A stretch of DNA of 64,000 nt from Oscillospiraceae bacterium (GCA_015063605.1 SVTV01000014.1:3038-67037); one strand, 5' to 3'; counted from the first letter of the stretch, positions 37,961 through 47,936 are shown. Notes: generated by a model from the sequence alone, not told the origin. Translations and numbers: made by a program.

Positions 37961-38170
37961 ATGAATAAGGTAACGTTCAAAACGGATCTTTGCAAGGGAT
38001 GCGGTCTCTGTGTCTCGGTTTGTCCGAAGAAGATCATCTCACTTGATAACGCTACGCTGAACAAAAAGGGATACCATCCTGCGCAAATAACAGACGCTGA
38101 AAAATGCATCGCCTGCGCATTCTGCGCTACCATGTGTCCCGATGTGGTAATTACAGTCGAAAAAGGCTGA
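37961..38170 (+). CDS. 2-oxoacid:ferredoxin oxidoreductase delta subunit (2x[4Fe-4S] ferredoxin)
   Basis: 69 aa with two CxxCxxCxxxCP motifs. Confidence 0.9.
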   Translation: MNKVTFKTDLCKGCGLCVSVCPKKIISLDNATLNKKGYHPAQITDAEKCIACAFCATMCPDVVITVEKG

Positions 38171-38268
38171 AAAAGCAAAAACGCTTAATGTGCGCCGGAT
38201 GACGTACAGTAAAAAAGACAAACATTAAAGAAAGGAAAACACCCGTAAATCGGATGTAATAAAGAAAC

Positions 38269-39327
38269 ATGAGCAAGGTTCTTATGAAAGGCAACGAGGT
38301 AATCGCCGAGGCAGCCATCAAAGCCGGATGCCGTCATTACTTCGGTTACCCCATAACTCCTCAAACGGAAATATCCGAAACTCTTGCAAAGAGAATGCCC
38401 AAGGTTGGCGGTCTTTGCATGCAGGCAGAAAGTGAGATCGCCGCTATCAATATGGTTCTCGGCGCTGCTTCCTCCGGCAAGAGAGTTCTTACATCTTCTT
38501 CCTCCCCCGGACTCAGTCTGAAGAGCGAAGGTATATCCTATATAGTCGGCTCCGACGTTCCCTGTGTAATCGTTAACGTACAGCGTGCAGGTCCCGGACT
38601 CGGCGGAATCCAGCCCGGACAGGCTGACTATTATCAGGCAACAAGAGCAATGGGACACGGCGATATGCACATCGTTGTTCTCGCTCCCGCTTCCATTCAG
38701 GAAGTAGCAGATATGACTATGGAAGCTTTCGATATAGCTGACATATACAGAACTCCCGTTATGATTCTTGCTGACGGTGCTTTGGGACAGATGATGGAGC
38801 CCGTTGACTTTGAAGCAAGAGAAGCAAGAGAGATCCCCGAAAAAACATGGGCTGCTTGCGGACATCAGAACAAGAGAGCGCACAACATCGTAAATTCTCT
38901 TTATATAGAGCCCGAAGCTCTTGAAAAGATAATACTCGAAAGATACGAAAGATACAACGAGATAGCTGAAAAGGAAGTTAAGTACGAAGAATACCTGACG
39001 GAAGATGCCGACATCGTTATAGTTGCTTTCGGTATTGCTGCCCGTATCGCAAGAACTGCAGTTAATAAGGCACGTGCAGAGGGAATCAAGGCAGGACTTC
39101 TCCGCCCCATCACATTGTGGCCCTTCCCCGAAAAGAAGCTTCTCTCCCTCAGCGATACAGCAAAATCATTCCTGGCTGTGGAATTGAATATGGGACAGAT
39201 GGTCAACGATGTAAAGCTTGCTGTTGAAAACAAAAAGCCCGTAGAATTCTACGGAAGAACCGGCGGTATGCTTCCCTCCGTTGATGAAGTATATGAAAAG
39301 CTTAAGGAAATGAGCGCAAAGCTCTGA
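38269..39327 (+). CDS. 2-oxoacid:ferredoxin oxidoreductase alpha subunit (Kor/Vor type)
   Basis: 352 aa. '[30 protein letters not shown]' is the typical N-terminus. Confidence 0.9.
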   Translation: MSKVLMKGNEVIAEAAIKAGCRHYFGYPITPQTEISETLAKRMPKVGGLCMQAESEIAAINMVLGAASSGKRVLTSSSSPGLSLKSEGISYIVGSDVPCVIVNVQRAGPGLGGIQPGQADYYQATRAMGHGDMHIVVLAPASIQEVADMTMEAFDIADIYRTPVMILADGALGQMMEPVDFEAREAREIPEKTWAACGHQNKRAHNIVNSLYIEPEALEKIILERYERYNEIAEKEVKYEEYLTEDADIVIVAFGIAARIARTAVNKARAEGIKAGLLRPITLWPFPEKKLLSLSDTAKSFLAVELNMGQMVNDVKLAVENKKPVEFYGRTGGMLPSVDEVYEKLKEMSAKL

Positions 39328-39347
39328 ACCGAAGAAAGGAACAGAAA

Positions 39348-40094
39348 ATGATCGTATTTGATAAACCCCACGCACTTACCGATGTTCCCTTCCACTACTG
39401 CCCCGGCTGTACACACGGAATAGTACATCGTCTTGTTGCGGAAGTAATAGATGAACTCGAATGCGAAGGAAGAACTGTCGGTATTGCACCGGTAGGATGC
39501 TCCGTTTTCGCATACAACTACTTTAACTGTGATATGATAGAAGCTCCTCACGGAAGAGCTCCCGCCGTTGCTACGGGTGTAAAGAGAGCTAATCCCGAAA
39601 ATGTTGTCTTCACATATCAAGGTGACGGTGACCTTGCGGCTATCGGTACTGCCGAAACAGTACATGCAGCAGCCCGCGGTGAAAACATCACCATAATATT
39701 TATAAACAATGCTATTTACGGTATGACGGGCGGACAGATGGCTCCCACAACTCTTCCCGGTCAGGTATCCACCACATCTCCTTACGGACGTGACCCCAAG
39801 ATCCAGGGTACACCCATAAGGATCTGCGAAATGCTCTCTACTCTTGACGGAACGGCTTATGCTGAAAGAGTTTCCGTTGACAGCGTAAAGAACATCAAGG
39901 CAGCAAAGAAGGCAATAAAGAAGGCTTTCGAAACTCAGGTTGCAGGCAAGGGCTTCTCCATAGTTGAAGTTCTTTCCACATGCCCCACAAACTGGGGTAA
40001 GACTCCCGAGCAGGCATTGGAATGGCTCAGAAGCGATATGATGCCTTATTATCCTCTCGGTGTATACAAGGACACCACCAAGGAGGGCGAATAA
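39348..40094 (+). CDS. 2-oxoacid:ferredoxin oxidoreductase beta subunit (TPP-binding)
   Basis: 248 aa. 'YCPGCTHG' and 'GDGD...[10 protein letters not shown]' form the TPP motif. Confidence 0.9.
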   Translation: MIVFDKPHALTDVPFHYCPGCTHGIVHRLVAEVIDELECEGRTVGIAPVGCSVFAYNYFNCDMIEAPHGRAPAVATGVKRANPENVVFTYQGDGDLAAIGTAETVHAAARGENITIIFINNAIYGMTGGQMAPTTLPGQVSTTSPYGRDPKIQGTPIRICEMLSTLDGTAYAERVSVDSVKNIKAAKKAIKKAFETQVAGKGFSIVEVLSTCPTNWGKTPEQALEWLRSDMMPYYPLGVYKDTTKEGE

Positions 40095-40095
40095 T

Positions 40096-40626
40096 ATGAT
40101 GACAAGCATACTTTTAGCCGGATTCGGCGGTCAGGGTATCCTTTTCGCAGGTAAGCAGATAGCTCATGCGGCTATGGAACAAGACAAGTTCGTTACATGG
40201 CTTCCCTCTTACGGTCCCGAAATGCGCGGCGGTACAGCTAACTGCTCCGTAATCGTTGCAGATGAAGAGATCGGATCTCCCCTGGTAGCAAAGCCCGACA
40301 TATTCATCGCTATGAATATACCTTCCCACGATAAGTTCAAGAATGCGGTAGTTCCCGGCGGAATGATAATCACCGACAGTTCTCTTATCTCCGAACCCTC
40401 CGAAAGAACGGATATCAAGAAGATAGAGATTCCCGCAACACGTCTTGCAGATGAAAACGGACTCAAAGGAATGGCTAACGTCATAATCCTCGGAAAGCTC
40501 ATCAAGGAAACAGGACTCTTTGACTATGATTTCTTCCTTGACGCTATGATCTCTTCCATTCCCGCATCCAAGGCAAAGCTTATCGACTTCAATAAGAAAG
40601 CACTTGAAATAGGCTACAATAACTAA
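40096..40626 (+). CDS. 2-oxoacid:ferredoxin oxidoreductase gamma subunit
   Basis: I prefer ATG 40096 (AAGGAGGG SD). 'LAGFGGQGILFAG' is present. Confidence 0.85.
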   Translation: MMTSILLAGFGGQGILFAGKQIAHAAMEQDKFVTWLPSYGPEMRGGTANCSVIVADEEIGSPLVAKPDIFIAMNIPSHDKFKNAVVPGGMIITDSSLISEPSERTDIKKIEIPATRLADENGLKGMANVIILGKLIKETGLFDYDFFLDAMISSIPASKAKLIDFNKKALEIGYNN

Positions 40627-40634
40627 TATAACGA

Positions 40635-41432
40635 ATGTCTATATCGGAAAAGATCAGAAAGATCACTTCTCCTATAGCGAAGATCATGAATAACGTTTCC
40701 GGCAACGGCAGCGGCGGTCACTATTGCAGTGCCGTCGTCCTTGCCGCCGGAAGCGGTACACGTATGGGCGGAGTATCGAAACAACTAATGGAAGTGGCGG
40801 GGCGTCCCGTTCTCGCTTATTCCTTGGAAGCTTTTCAAAAAAGCGAACACACAAATGAAATAATAATCGTTGCAAAACAAGACGAGCTTGAATTCATAAA
40901 GGAATTTGTAGATGCTTACGGTTTTACAAAGGTATCGAAGGTAGTGCCCGGAGGCAGTACCCGCATGGAATCATCCATGAATGGCTTTTTTGCTGTTTCG
41001 GAGAATTGCGAGTATGTTGCCATCCACGATGCGGCACGTCCTCTCATATTGCCCGAGACCATTGATCTTCTGTTCAGAAGAGCATACATCAACGGTGCAT
41101 GTGCCGCCGCAAAAAAGGTTGCAGACACCATCAAAAGTGCAGGCAAGCTCAATGTTATTGAGTCTACAATACCACGCGATAAGCTGTATGCCGTATCCAC
41201 ACCTCAGCTTTTTTCCGCAAGCATCTACCGTGCTTCAGCCGCGAAGGCGATGAAAGATGAAGCGGAGGTTACCGATGACTGTGCTATGGCGGAAAATGCC
41301 GGCTTCCCCGTTACCTTGGTAGAAATAGGTCATCCCAATTACAAGCTTACAGTTCCCGAGGATATCGAGGCTGTCGAAGCGATCCTTCTTTACAGAAACG
41401 GTCCCCGTCTTAATGAAAACGATTTACGGTAA
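40635..41432 (+). CDS. ispD: 2-C-methyl-D-erythritol 4-phosphate cytidylyltransferase
   Basis: 265 aa. 'AVVLAAGSGTRMG', 'HDAARP' and 'KLT.PEDI' are present. The start is uncertain because no clear SD is visible. Confidence 0.85.
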   Translation: MSISEKIRKITSPIAKIMNNVSGNGSGGHYCSAVVLAAGSGTRMGGVSKQLMEVAGRPVLAYSLEAFQKSEHTNEIIIVAKQDELEFIKEFVDAYGFTKVSKVVPGGSTRMESSMNGFFAVSENCEYVAIHDAARPLILPETIDLLFRRAYINGACAAAKKVADTIKSAGKLNVIESTIPRDKLYAVSTPQLFSASIYRASAAKAMKDEAEVTDDCAMAENAGFPVTLVEIGHPNYKLTVPEDIEAVEAILLYRNGPRLNENDLR

Positions 41433-41510
41433 TTAAGCTCAGATCGGTATGAATTCAATCCTGTTTGAGCTTATTCTTACATCACGCATATTGAAAGGAC
41501 ATACCTTATT

Positions 41511-42002
41511 ATGACATATCTCAGAACAGGTCTCGGATACGATGTTCACAGGCTTGCTCACGGAAGGAAAATGTATATCGGATGCATTGAGATCCCTCAC
41601 ACATGCGGACTTCTCGGTCATTCGGATGCCGATGTTCTCGCCCACGCCATAATAGATGCTCTCTTCGGAGCATGCGCTTTAGGTGATATTGGAACGCATT
41701 TTCCCGATAAGGATGAAAAATACAAAGGAATATCCGGCACGGCTCTGCTTACGGCTTGCGCCGAAAAGCTCAGGGAGCACGGATATGAGATAGTAAACAT
41801 TGACTCCACGGTAGTGGCTCAAAAGCCGAAGATGGCGCCGTACATTCCTCAGATGCAGAATGCAATAGCCTCTGCTTTGTCCATCGAGCCTTCAAAAGTA
41901 TCGGTAAAGGCTAAAACGGAAGAAGGATTGGGATTCACGGGAAACGAAACGGGCATATCGGCTTATGCCATTGCAATGGTTGAAAAGCTTCAACAGCAGT
42001 AA
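41511..42002 (+). CDS. ispF: 2-C-methyl-D-erythritol 2,4-cyclodiphosphate synthase
   Basis: 163 aa. 'RTGLGYDVHRL', 'GHSDADVLAHAIIDALFGA' and 'DIGTHFPD' are present. Confidence 0.95.
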   Translation: MTYLRTGLGYDVHRLAHGRKMYIGCIEIPHTCGLLGHSDADVLAHAIIDALFGACALGDIGTHFPDKDEKYKGISGTALLTACAEKLREHGYEIVNIDSTVVAQKPKMAPYIPQMQNAIASALSIEPSKVSVKAKTEEGLGFTGNETGISAYAIAMVEKLQQQ

Positions 42003-42045
42003 GACTTCCCTCTTACGTTGAATAAAAAGATAAAGGAAAAAACTT

Positions 42046-43947
42046 ATGGAAAAGAAAATAAACATAATTCTTACCTCCGACAATGAAGAGCTTTCGAAGG
42101 GTCTTGTGATACTTGAAAGTGATCTCGGTATCTCCGTTTCCGGACAAGCAGACGGAAGGACAGTAACAGTTACTCCCGTAAAGACGGAAGAAATGCTTTT
42201 GAAGGTAGAGATGAAGGATAACAAAGCCGTTATCACATACCATGAAAAGGCTCACTTTTACCGCGGAGTGGGACTTCTCTCCGAGCATATAGGCTACGGT
42301 GAGAACGAGTTTTCCGTTACGGAAAATCCCAGATTCACTCTCAACGGCGGTATGTATGATATCGCTCAGGCAAATGCCGTTATCAACGTTGAAAACGTTA
42401 AGCGCATTTTGAGAAAAGAAGCCGTTATGGGTCTCAATATGTTCATGCTTTACTGTGAGGACAATTACGAGATAGACGGTTATCCTTACTTCGGATACAT
42501 GCGCGGAAGATATTCAAAGGCTGAAATGAGAGAGATAGACGATTATGCATACACTCTCGGAATTGAGCTTATTCCCTGCATACAGACACTTGCACACCTT
42601 CAGGATGCTTTACGCTGGCCCGCATACAACGGAATGCGAATGGACAAGGACACCCTTTTTGTAGGCGAAGAAAAGGTATATGAATTCATAGAAGAAATGA
42701 TAAAGTCCGCATCCGAATGCGTAAGAACAAAGCGCATACATATCGGCATGGACGAAGCAGGCCACTTAGGTGAGGGCGAATATCTCAGAAAGCACGGTCA
42801 TCGCCGCCGCTTTGATATCATGCTTGAGCATCTTGACAGAGTTAAGGGCATATGCACAAAGCTCGGTCTCAAGCCCATGATATGGAGTGATATGTTCTTC
42901 TCCACCGCTAACAACGGCGGAAGCTACTACAATAAGGATATCGTTATTCCTCAGGACGTGCTTGACAGCTATCCCAAGGATGTACAGCTTGTATATTGGG
43001 ATTATTACAGAGCTGACAAGGATTTCTACCGTACATACATAGACCGTCACTACGAATTCGGCACAAAGCCGGTATTCGCAGGCGGTGTTCACACTTGGTA
43101 TTCCATCGCACCCTGGGTATACAGCTCCATTGAATATACGGATGCCGCTCTTCAGGTATGCGCAGAGAAAAATATCGATGAAGTTATCTGCACCATCTGG
43201 GGCGATGATAATACTGCGGCTCATATCTACACCACTCTTCAGGGACTTCAGCTCTTCGCTGAATGCAGCTTTAACGGTGCATACAACGAAAAGGAATTTG
43301 CAAAGAGATTCAAGTTCTGTACAGGTATAGATTACAATGATTTTATGGATCTCGGAACTCTGGAATGTCTTCCCAACTTCCATACAAACAATCACCCTCA
43401 CTACACTACCTCCAAATCCTTCCTTTGGACAGACGTGCTTCTCGGTCTTAATGATAACTATTTTGAAGGTCAGTGCGAAATAGTTGAGGAGCATTACAAG
43501 GTATGGGCAAAGAAATACGGTGAATATGCCGAGAGAAACGAAGAATTCAAGAATATGTTCCTTTACTACAAGCATGTAGCGGAGGTTCTGGAATACAAGG
43601 CAACGATAGGCAACAGGCTTATGAATGCTTACAAGGATAAGACAAAGGAAGCATTAAAGCTTATGCTCCCCCGCCTTGAAGAGCTCCGCACAAGAACAAA
43701 GGCTCTCATCGATTTCTATCGTGACGATTGGTATGCCACAAACAAGCCCTTCGGATGGGAAATATTCGACTTCAGATTCGGTGCAATCGTTGCAAGAACA
43801 GAGTCCGCTATCTCCCGCGTTACAAAGTACATCAACGGCGAATTAGATGAGATAGAAGAGCTTGCATATCCTCGTGTTGACAGACTTTACACAAGCGGCT
43901 ACGGATTCCTCGTATCCGCAAGCAGAATATCCTACGTTCCCTCGTAA
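42046..43947 (+). CDS. GH20-family beta-N-acetylhexosaminidase-like glycosidase (cytoplasmic)
   Basis: 633 aa with no signal peptide. A TIM-barrel region carries 'RIHIGMDEA', the GH20 catalytic D-E pair. Confidence 0.7.
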   Translation: MEKKINIILTSDNEELSKGLVILESDLGISVSGQADGRTVTVTPVKTEEMLLKVEMKDNKAVITYHEKAHFYRGVGLLSEHIGYGENEFSVTENPRFTLNGGMYDIAQANAVINVENVKRILRKEAVMGLNMFMLYCEDNYEIDGYPYFGYMRGRYSKAEMREIDDYAYTLGIELIPCIQTLAHLQDALRWPAYNGMRMDKDTLFVGEEKVYEFIEEMIKSASECVRTKRIHIGMDEAGHLGEGEYLRKHGHRRRFDIMLEHLDRVKGICTKLGLKPMIWSDMFFSTANNGGSYYNKDIVIPQDVLDSYPKDVQLVYWDYYRADKDFYRTYIDRHYEFGTKPVFAGGVHTWYSIAPWVYSSIEYTDAALQVCAEKNIDEVICTIWGDDNTAAHIYTTLQGLQLFAECSFNGAYNEKEFAKRFKFCTGIDYNDFMDLGTLECLPNFHTNNHPHYTTSKSFLWTDVLLGLNDNYFEGQCEIVEEHYKVWAKKYGEYAERNEEFKNMFLYYKHVAEVLEYKATIGNRLMNAYKDKTKEALKLMLPRLEELRTRTKALIDFYRDDWYATNKPFGWEIFDFRFGAIVARTESAISRVTKYINGELDEIEELAYPRVDRLYTSGYGFLVSASRISYVPS

Positions 43948-43970
43948 TCGAATATTGGAATAATCATTAT

Positions 43971-44007
43971 AGGGGCGATCCACGAATCGCCTCTATGTTT
44001 TTATTTT
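43971..44007 (+). terminator. intrinsic terminator after the GH20 gene
   Basis: 9-bp stem AGGGGCGAT/ATCGCCTCT, then ATGTTTTTATTTT. Confidence 0.8.
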
Positions 44008-44085
44008 AAGACAACGTCCGATTCCTTGTGACGGAAATGCGAAAAAATGTAAAAAAAGTTTACAAATTGTTTACAGTAATTTACG

Positions 44086-44114
44086 TTGACAATCAAGAGA
44101 CTTTATGATATCAT
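44086..44114 (+). promoter_or_regulatory. promoter of the lipoprotein cluster leader
   Basis: TTGACA, 17 nt, TATCAT. Confidence 0.65.
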
Positions 44115-44287
44115 ATAGTTACATCTGAACGATGTGATATTTCGTACAAGCATGAAATATTCGGCATATCCCCAATTCCCACCTTAGATTAAATTATCTA
44201 TAAAGCGCAAGAGAGGAGACAAACAACGCTTTTGCGTAATGTGTTTTCCCTTGCGCTTTTTGTTTTACCGAAAGGAGTCAATGAAAT

Positions 44288-44869
44288 ATGCAAAAACAAA
44301 AAATATCTATTATCCTATTTTTATTTCTGTTAATATTACTGCTTACGGCTTGTACTTCCGCAAACGCTACCGAAATATGTGTCACTGTAAACAGAAGCGA
44401 AAGTTTCGGCGGTTATACGGTAAATGTTGAAAAAATTTTCGGCAGCGAAAATGAAGCTTATGCTTTGATATCCTTAACCATTCCTAACGGGTTGAAAATC
44501 AAAGATGTAAAAATTGGTAACATAAATGTTGATACCAATGCGGATAAAGATTCGACAAGCTATAACTACAAATGTCTGCGTATAGATGAACAGACGAACA
44601 AACAGTATTATGCTTTAAGCATCCGTTCAGAGAAAAAACTCCTCGGAAAGAAAGTCACTGTAAAAGTGAATGACATTGAAATAAGTCGGATAAATCCGGA
44701 TAATTTATTTAATAAAACAGTTTTGGATGCTGAGTTTATCATTCCGTTTAAAATTGATTATATTCCCTGCAATGTCACAGTAAACTTTGAAGAAGATCCG
44801 AGTGATACTCCCGTAATAAGTGTATTGACCGATTCTATAATATTAACAGGAAAAGAAGAGGTATTTTAA
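44288..44869 (+). CDS. lipoprotein, unknown function
   Basis: 193 aa with AAAGGAG SD and lipobox 'LLLTACTS'. Confidence 0.65.
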   Translation: MQKQKISIILFLFLLILLLTACTSANATEICVTVNRSESFGGYTVNVEKIFGSENEAYALISLTIPNGLKIKDVKIGNINVDTNADKDSTSYNYKCLRIDEQTNKQYYALSIRSEKKLLGKKVTVKVNDIEISRINPDNLFNKTVLDAEFIIPFKIDYIPCNVTVNFEEDPSDTPVISVLTDSIILTGKEEVF

Positions 44870-44914
44870 TAATAAACAAATTTATGGAGGTACATATCAG
44901 GAGGTACATATCAA

Positions 44915-45814
44915 ATGAAACGCAGACTTCTATTGATCACATCTTCCCTTCTCCTTTGTTTATGTCTTATTTCCTGCGGCAGTAATCCTCCAAGCAACGA
45001 AACACCGCAAACACAGAACAGTGAAAATGAAATAATAAAGCTTCAAGCAGAAATTTCCGCCATGAAAGAGTCATTGGAAGCTTCAAAAGCGGAACTTAAA
45101 GAGTCAAACAAAAAAGCTAAAAGTCTGGAAGCTCTGCTTGACCATTTAAATAAAAGTGTGAAAAGCTTAGAAGAGAAATTAAAACAAACGTCGGATAATT
45201 CTCAAAGCTTGGAAGATCAACTAACCAAAGCAAAGGAAGAGACTGAAAGACTTAAAGCTCAACTAAACAAGGAAAAAGAAAAGGCTCAAAATCTCGAATC
45301 TCACCTAAATCGGCAAGGCGAATTTTGGGCAGACATATATCTGTGTGATGATGTATACCTTACAGATGATACACCAATACACGGAAGCGGTTCCGTTATT
45401 CTTCCCACAAATCAAGATGTTTTAGAGGTTAACGATTATAGGATCATCCTTTGCAGTGACAAATGTGATCCATCCGAGATCGTCCAACGAGCATTCCAAG
45501 GGTACGCACCTGTATATTCTGTGGTTTACAACGGTGAGTTTAACGGAAATTTCAAGATTCTCAAATTTAATCTTGAAATACCGGAGCCAATAATAGAGGA
45601 TTTCGAAAAGAAAGGCGATTATCAGACAATAGAAAATATGACAGAGAGAATTGAAAGTATCTATCAATATCTTCTTGTGCTTGATGATAATCACTATGCT
45701 TACGTTTGCCTTGAAAGAAAAGAAGGCGTTGAAAAGCATGAACATGAAGCTGAACTTGCCGATTCTATTGTGAAGAGTGCAAGAGTCTATTTTGAAGCAT
45801 ATACAGGTAAATAA
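44915..45814 (+). CDS. lipoprotein with N-terminal coiled-coil repeats, unknown function
   Basis: 299 aa with lipobox 'CLISCGS'. About 100 residues are heptad-like 'SLE..L' repeats. Confidence 0.65.
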   Translation: MKRRLLLITSSLLLCLCLISCGSNPPSNETPQTQNSENEIIKLQAEISAMKESLEASKAELKESNKKAKSLEALLDHLNKSVKSLEEKLKQTSDNSQSLEDQLTKAKEETERLKAQLNKEKEKAQNLESHLNRQGEFWADIYLCDDVYLTDDTPIHGSGSVILPTNQDVLEVNDYRIILCSDKCDPSEIVQRAFQGYAPVYSVVYNGEFNGNFKILKFNLEIPEPIIEDFEKKGDYQTIENMTERIESIYQYLLVLDDNHYAYVCLERKEGVEKHEHEAELADSIVKSARVYFEAYTGK

Positions 45815-45842
45815 TTACAACAATAAGAAAGGAAATCGACGC

Positions 45843-46835
45843 ATGAAAGTTTTAAGAAACGCTTTATTGATATTTACAGTTTCTGCAATGCTCTTCACTG
45901 CTGTATCATGCAGTGAAAAACCTGCTTTAAATATTGAGTTTGAAACGTTAAAAAGCAATACGGAAATCACCGAATCAGTGGAGTTTTTCGCCATTACGGA
46001 TGAAGAAAAAGATACTGTTTCAAAAACCTTAACGGAGCTTTTCCGGATATACTCCAACTATTCCGAAAAGGAATTCACAGAACATCTCGGTTTTTCAAAG
46101 GAAGAGGCATTTTCGTTGATAGACCGCAATCTCAAGGCTTTATATAATATTGTGTTTAAAGCCGATGATATAAAAGAAATAGTTGCTTTATCGGAAAACG
46201 GTAAGTATTACACCGATCTTTGCACAAAGCTCGCAGAATCAATGGTTGGCGAAGATTATGCAGAGTTTGTAAGCTTCTTACTCCATAGAGTTCAAGATGA
46301 AGAAGAAAAAGAAAGGATATATAACATTGTCAAAGGAAGATTCAACAAATACACAACAAGAGAGCACGAAATGAAAGAAGGAATGCATCTGTTGACTCTT
46401 GATGATTTTGCCGTACTTATATTATCCGATAACACCAAGAATTTTATCGTAACAAGTGCAATTGACGTAGAATACAATCCTCTCATTTGTTTGGATGACG
46501 CTTGTATAATTACGTCGTACAGCAGGCATTTTCAGATCGTTACCTTTTGCGACCTCAAAGATGAAAGCTTTGGTAAATATAATTCTTCCCCCGATACAAA
46601 AACTATCCTGGAATGGAATGGAGAACCTTTCTATGCTGACATAGCATATAATGCGGGCGGCTTTTCGCAAGATGTGGTTGAAATAAAGGGCGATGAGATA
46701 ATCATTTCTTACGATGTAGTATATAATTTTTCAAGTGAAGATATGGCAAAGAATCCTAATATCGGTGAAGCAGCAGGTGGTAATGGAAAATATTCGTTCA
46801 ATATGAAGACACACGAAATAACAAAGGTTGAATAA
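45843..46835 (+). CDS. lipoprotein, unknown function
   Basis: I prefer ATG 45843 (AAAGGAAA SD). Lipobox 'FTAVSCSE'. Confidence 0.65.
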   Translation: MKVLRNALLIFTVSAMLFTAVSCSEKPALNIEFETLKSNTEITESVEFFAITDEEKDTVSKTLTELFRIYSNYSEKEFTEHLGFSKEEAFSLIDRNLKALYNIVFKADDIKEIVALSENGKYYTDLCTKLAESMVGEDYAEFVSFLLHRVQDEEEKERIYNIVKGRFNKYTTREHEMKEGMHLLTLDDFAVLILSDNTKNFIVTSAIDVEYNPLICLDDACIITSYSRHFQIVTFCDLKDESFGKYNSSPDTKTILEWNGEPFYADIAYNAGGFSQDVVEIKGDEIIISYDVVYNFSSEDMAKNPNIGEAAGGNGKYSFNMKTHEITKVE

Positions 46836-46858
46836 GCATGATCTTATAAATATACAAA

Positions 46859-46925
46859 CAGAGCACGGCAAACACGCACAGATCGGACATCATCTGATCG
46901 TGCAAGCGCCGTGCTCTCTGTTTTA
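46859..46925 (+). terminator. long-stem intrinsic terminator after the lipoprotein cluster
   Basis: 10-bp outer stem AGAGCACGGC/GCCGTGCTCT, then CTGTTTTATT. Confidence 0.7.
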
Positions 46926-47075
46926 TTAAAAGCTTTTCAAAAAAGCACCAAAAAATTCAAATTAACAAAACTCAAACATTTCTCTAAAATTTTAAAAACA
47001 TCCGCAAGGTATAATACAGTCACAAGCTTAAGAAAGAAAACGGCTGACGCCGAAAACCAAGAGAGGAAAAATATC

Positions 47076-47438
47076 ATGAACAATAACGATCGCGAATTTC
47101 TCGTGCAGAAGATACGCACACAGTATACGGAGAAGGAATACACGGCTCTTGACGAGCTGAAAGCATTGGACAAAAAGGTCAAACGCCCCGCAAACGTATT
47201 TGCCTACATTTTCGGCAGCATCGGAGCCGTTATCATGGGCTCGGGCATGAGCCTTGTTATGACAGATATAGCAGATACTATAGGACTTCAAAACCCGATG
47301 GTATACGGTATCATTATCGGCATTATCGGACTTATAATGGCTATTATCAATTATCCCATATACAGATCTATCCTCGGCTCCCGACGTAAGAAGTATGCAG
47401 ATCAGATCATCGCTCTCAGCGATAAAATAGTAAAGTAA
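47076..47438 (+). CDS. small two-TM membrane protein (paralog of 50621-51022)
   Basis: I prefer ATG 47076 (GAGAGGAAAA SD). The product is 120 aa. 'GSIGAVIMGSGMSLVMTDI' and 'YPIYRSILGSRRKKYADQIIALSDKI' align with the downstream paralog. Confidence 0.65.
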   Translation: MNNNDREFLVQKIRTQYTEKEYTALDELKALDKKVKRPANVFAYIFGSIGAVIMGSGMSLVMTDIADTIGLQNPMVYGIIIGIIGLIMAIINYPIYRSILGSRRKKYADQIIALSDKIVK

Positions 47439-47471
47439 AGAATTAAGTTTATGTATTAACGGAGGAAAACG

Positions 47472-47726
47472 ATGGGTATCAAAAGCTTTTTTAAAAATGC
47501 ATTCAACGATATGAAGGAAAGTGCAAAGGCACAGCATGAAGCAGACAAAGCGAATTTTGCAGCTGCAAAAGCAGAATCAAAGGCTCAATGGGAAGAAGCA
47601 AAGGCAATAGGCGACCCGAACCGCCGAAAAGCGGCTCTTCAAGCGGAACGTGACAAGCAGATCAGCGAAGCAAATGAGAGAAAAGCGGCAGCCGAAGCAC
47701 GTATTGAAGCTGCAAAGAAAAAATAA
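47472..47726 (+). CDS. small Ala/Lys/Glu-rich helical protein, unknown function
   Basis: 84 aa with GGAGGA SD and low-complexity helical composition. Confidence 0.5.
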   Translation: MGIKSFFKNAFNDMKESAKAQHEADKANFAAAKAESKAQWEEAKAIGDPNRRKAALQAERDKQISEANERKAAAEARIEAAKKK

Positions 47727-47836
47727 CAGAGTAATGACCCGACAGTATACAATTACGATACTATCGGATTTTTTAAAATTTTCCGAAACGCAAACAAAAC
47801 TTTAACATTTTTATGTTATAATAAGCGCATATGAGT

Positions 47837-47936
47837 TGTTATAAATGATAAGTGCATATAAGTACTATGCGAACAAATACAATGCGCTTTACTGCTGTTA
47901 TAAATGATAAGTGCATATCAGTACTATGCGAACAAA
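47837..47936. repeat. two direct copies of a 41-bp unit (59-bp period) in the leader of the two-component operon
   Basis: TGTTATAAATGATAAGTGCATAT(A/C)AGTACTATGCGAACAAA occurs at 47837-47877 and 47896-47936 with one mismatch. Confidence 0.9.

Noticed and set aside
35413-40109. Several minus-strand ORFs (305, 232 and 286 aa) overlapping divIC/amidohydrolase and the oxidoreductase genes
   Set aside because: All lie antisense to confidently identified plus-strand genes, lack an SD and have low-complexity composition. They are shadow ORFs.
44239-44430. 63-aa ORF overlapping the start of the first lipoprotein gene
   Set aside because: It is basic and Cys/Tyr-rich nonsense. Its internal ATG 44281 is too close to the SD, which is correctly spaced for ATG 44288, the start of a canonical lipoprotein signal peptide.
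47837-47936. Possible CRISPR array or minisatellite
   Set aside because: There are only two repeat copies, separated by an 18-bp spacer. No cas genes are present, and the repeats lie inside a promoter-proximal leader. I treated them as a regulatory repeat instead.
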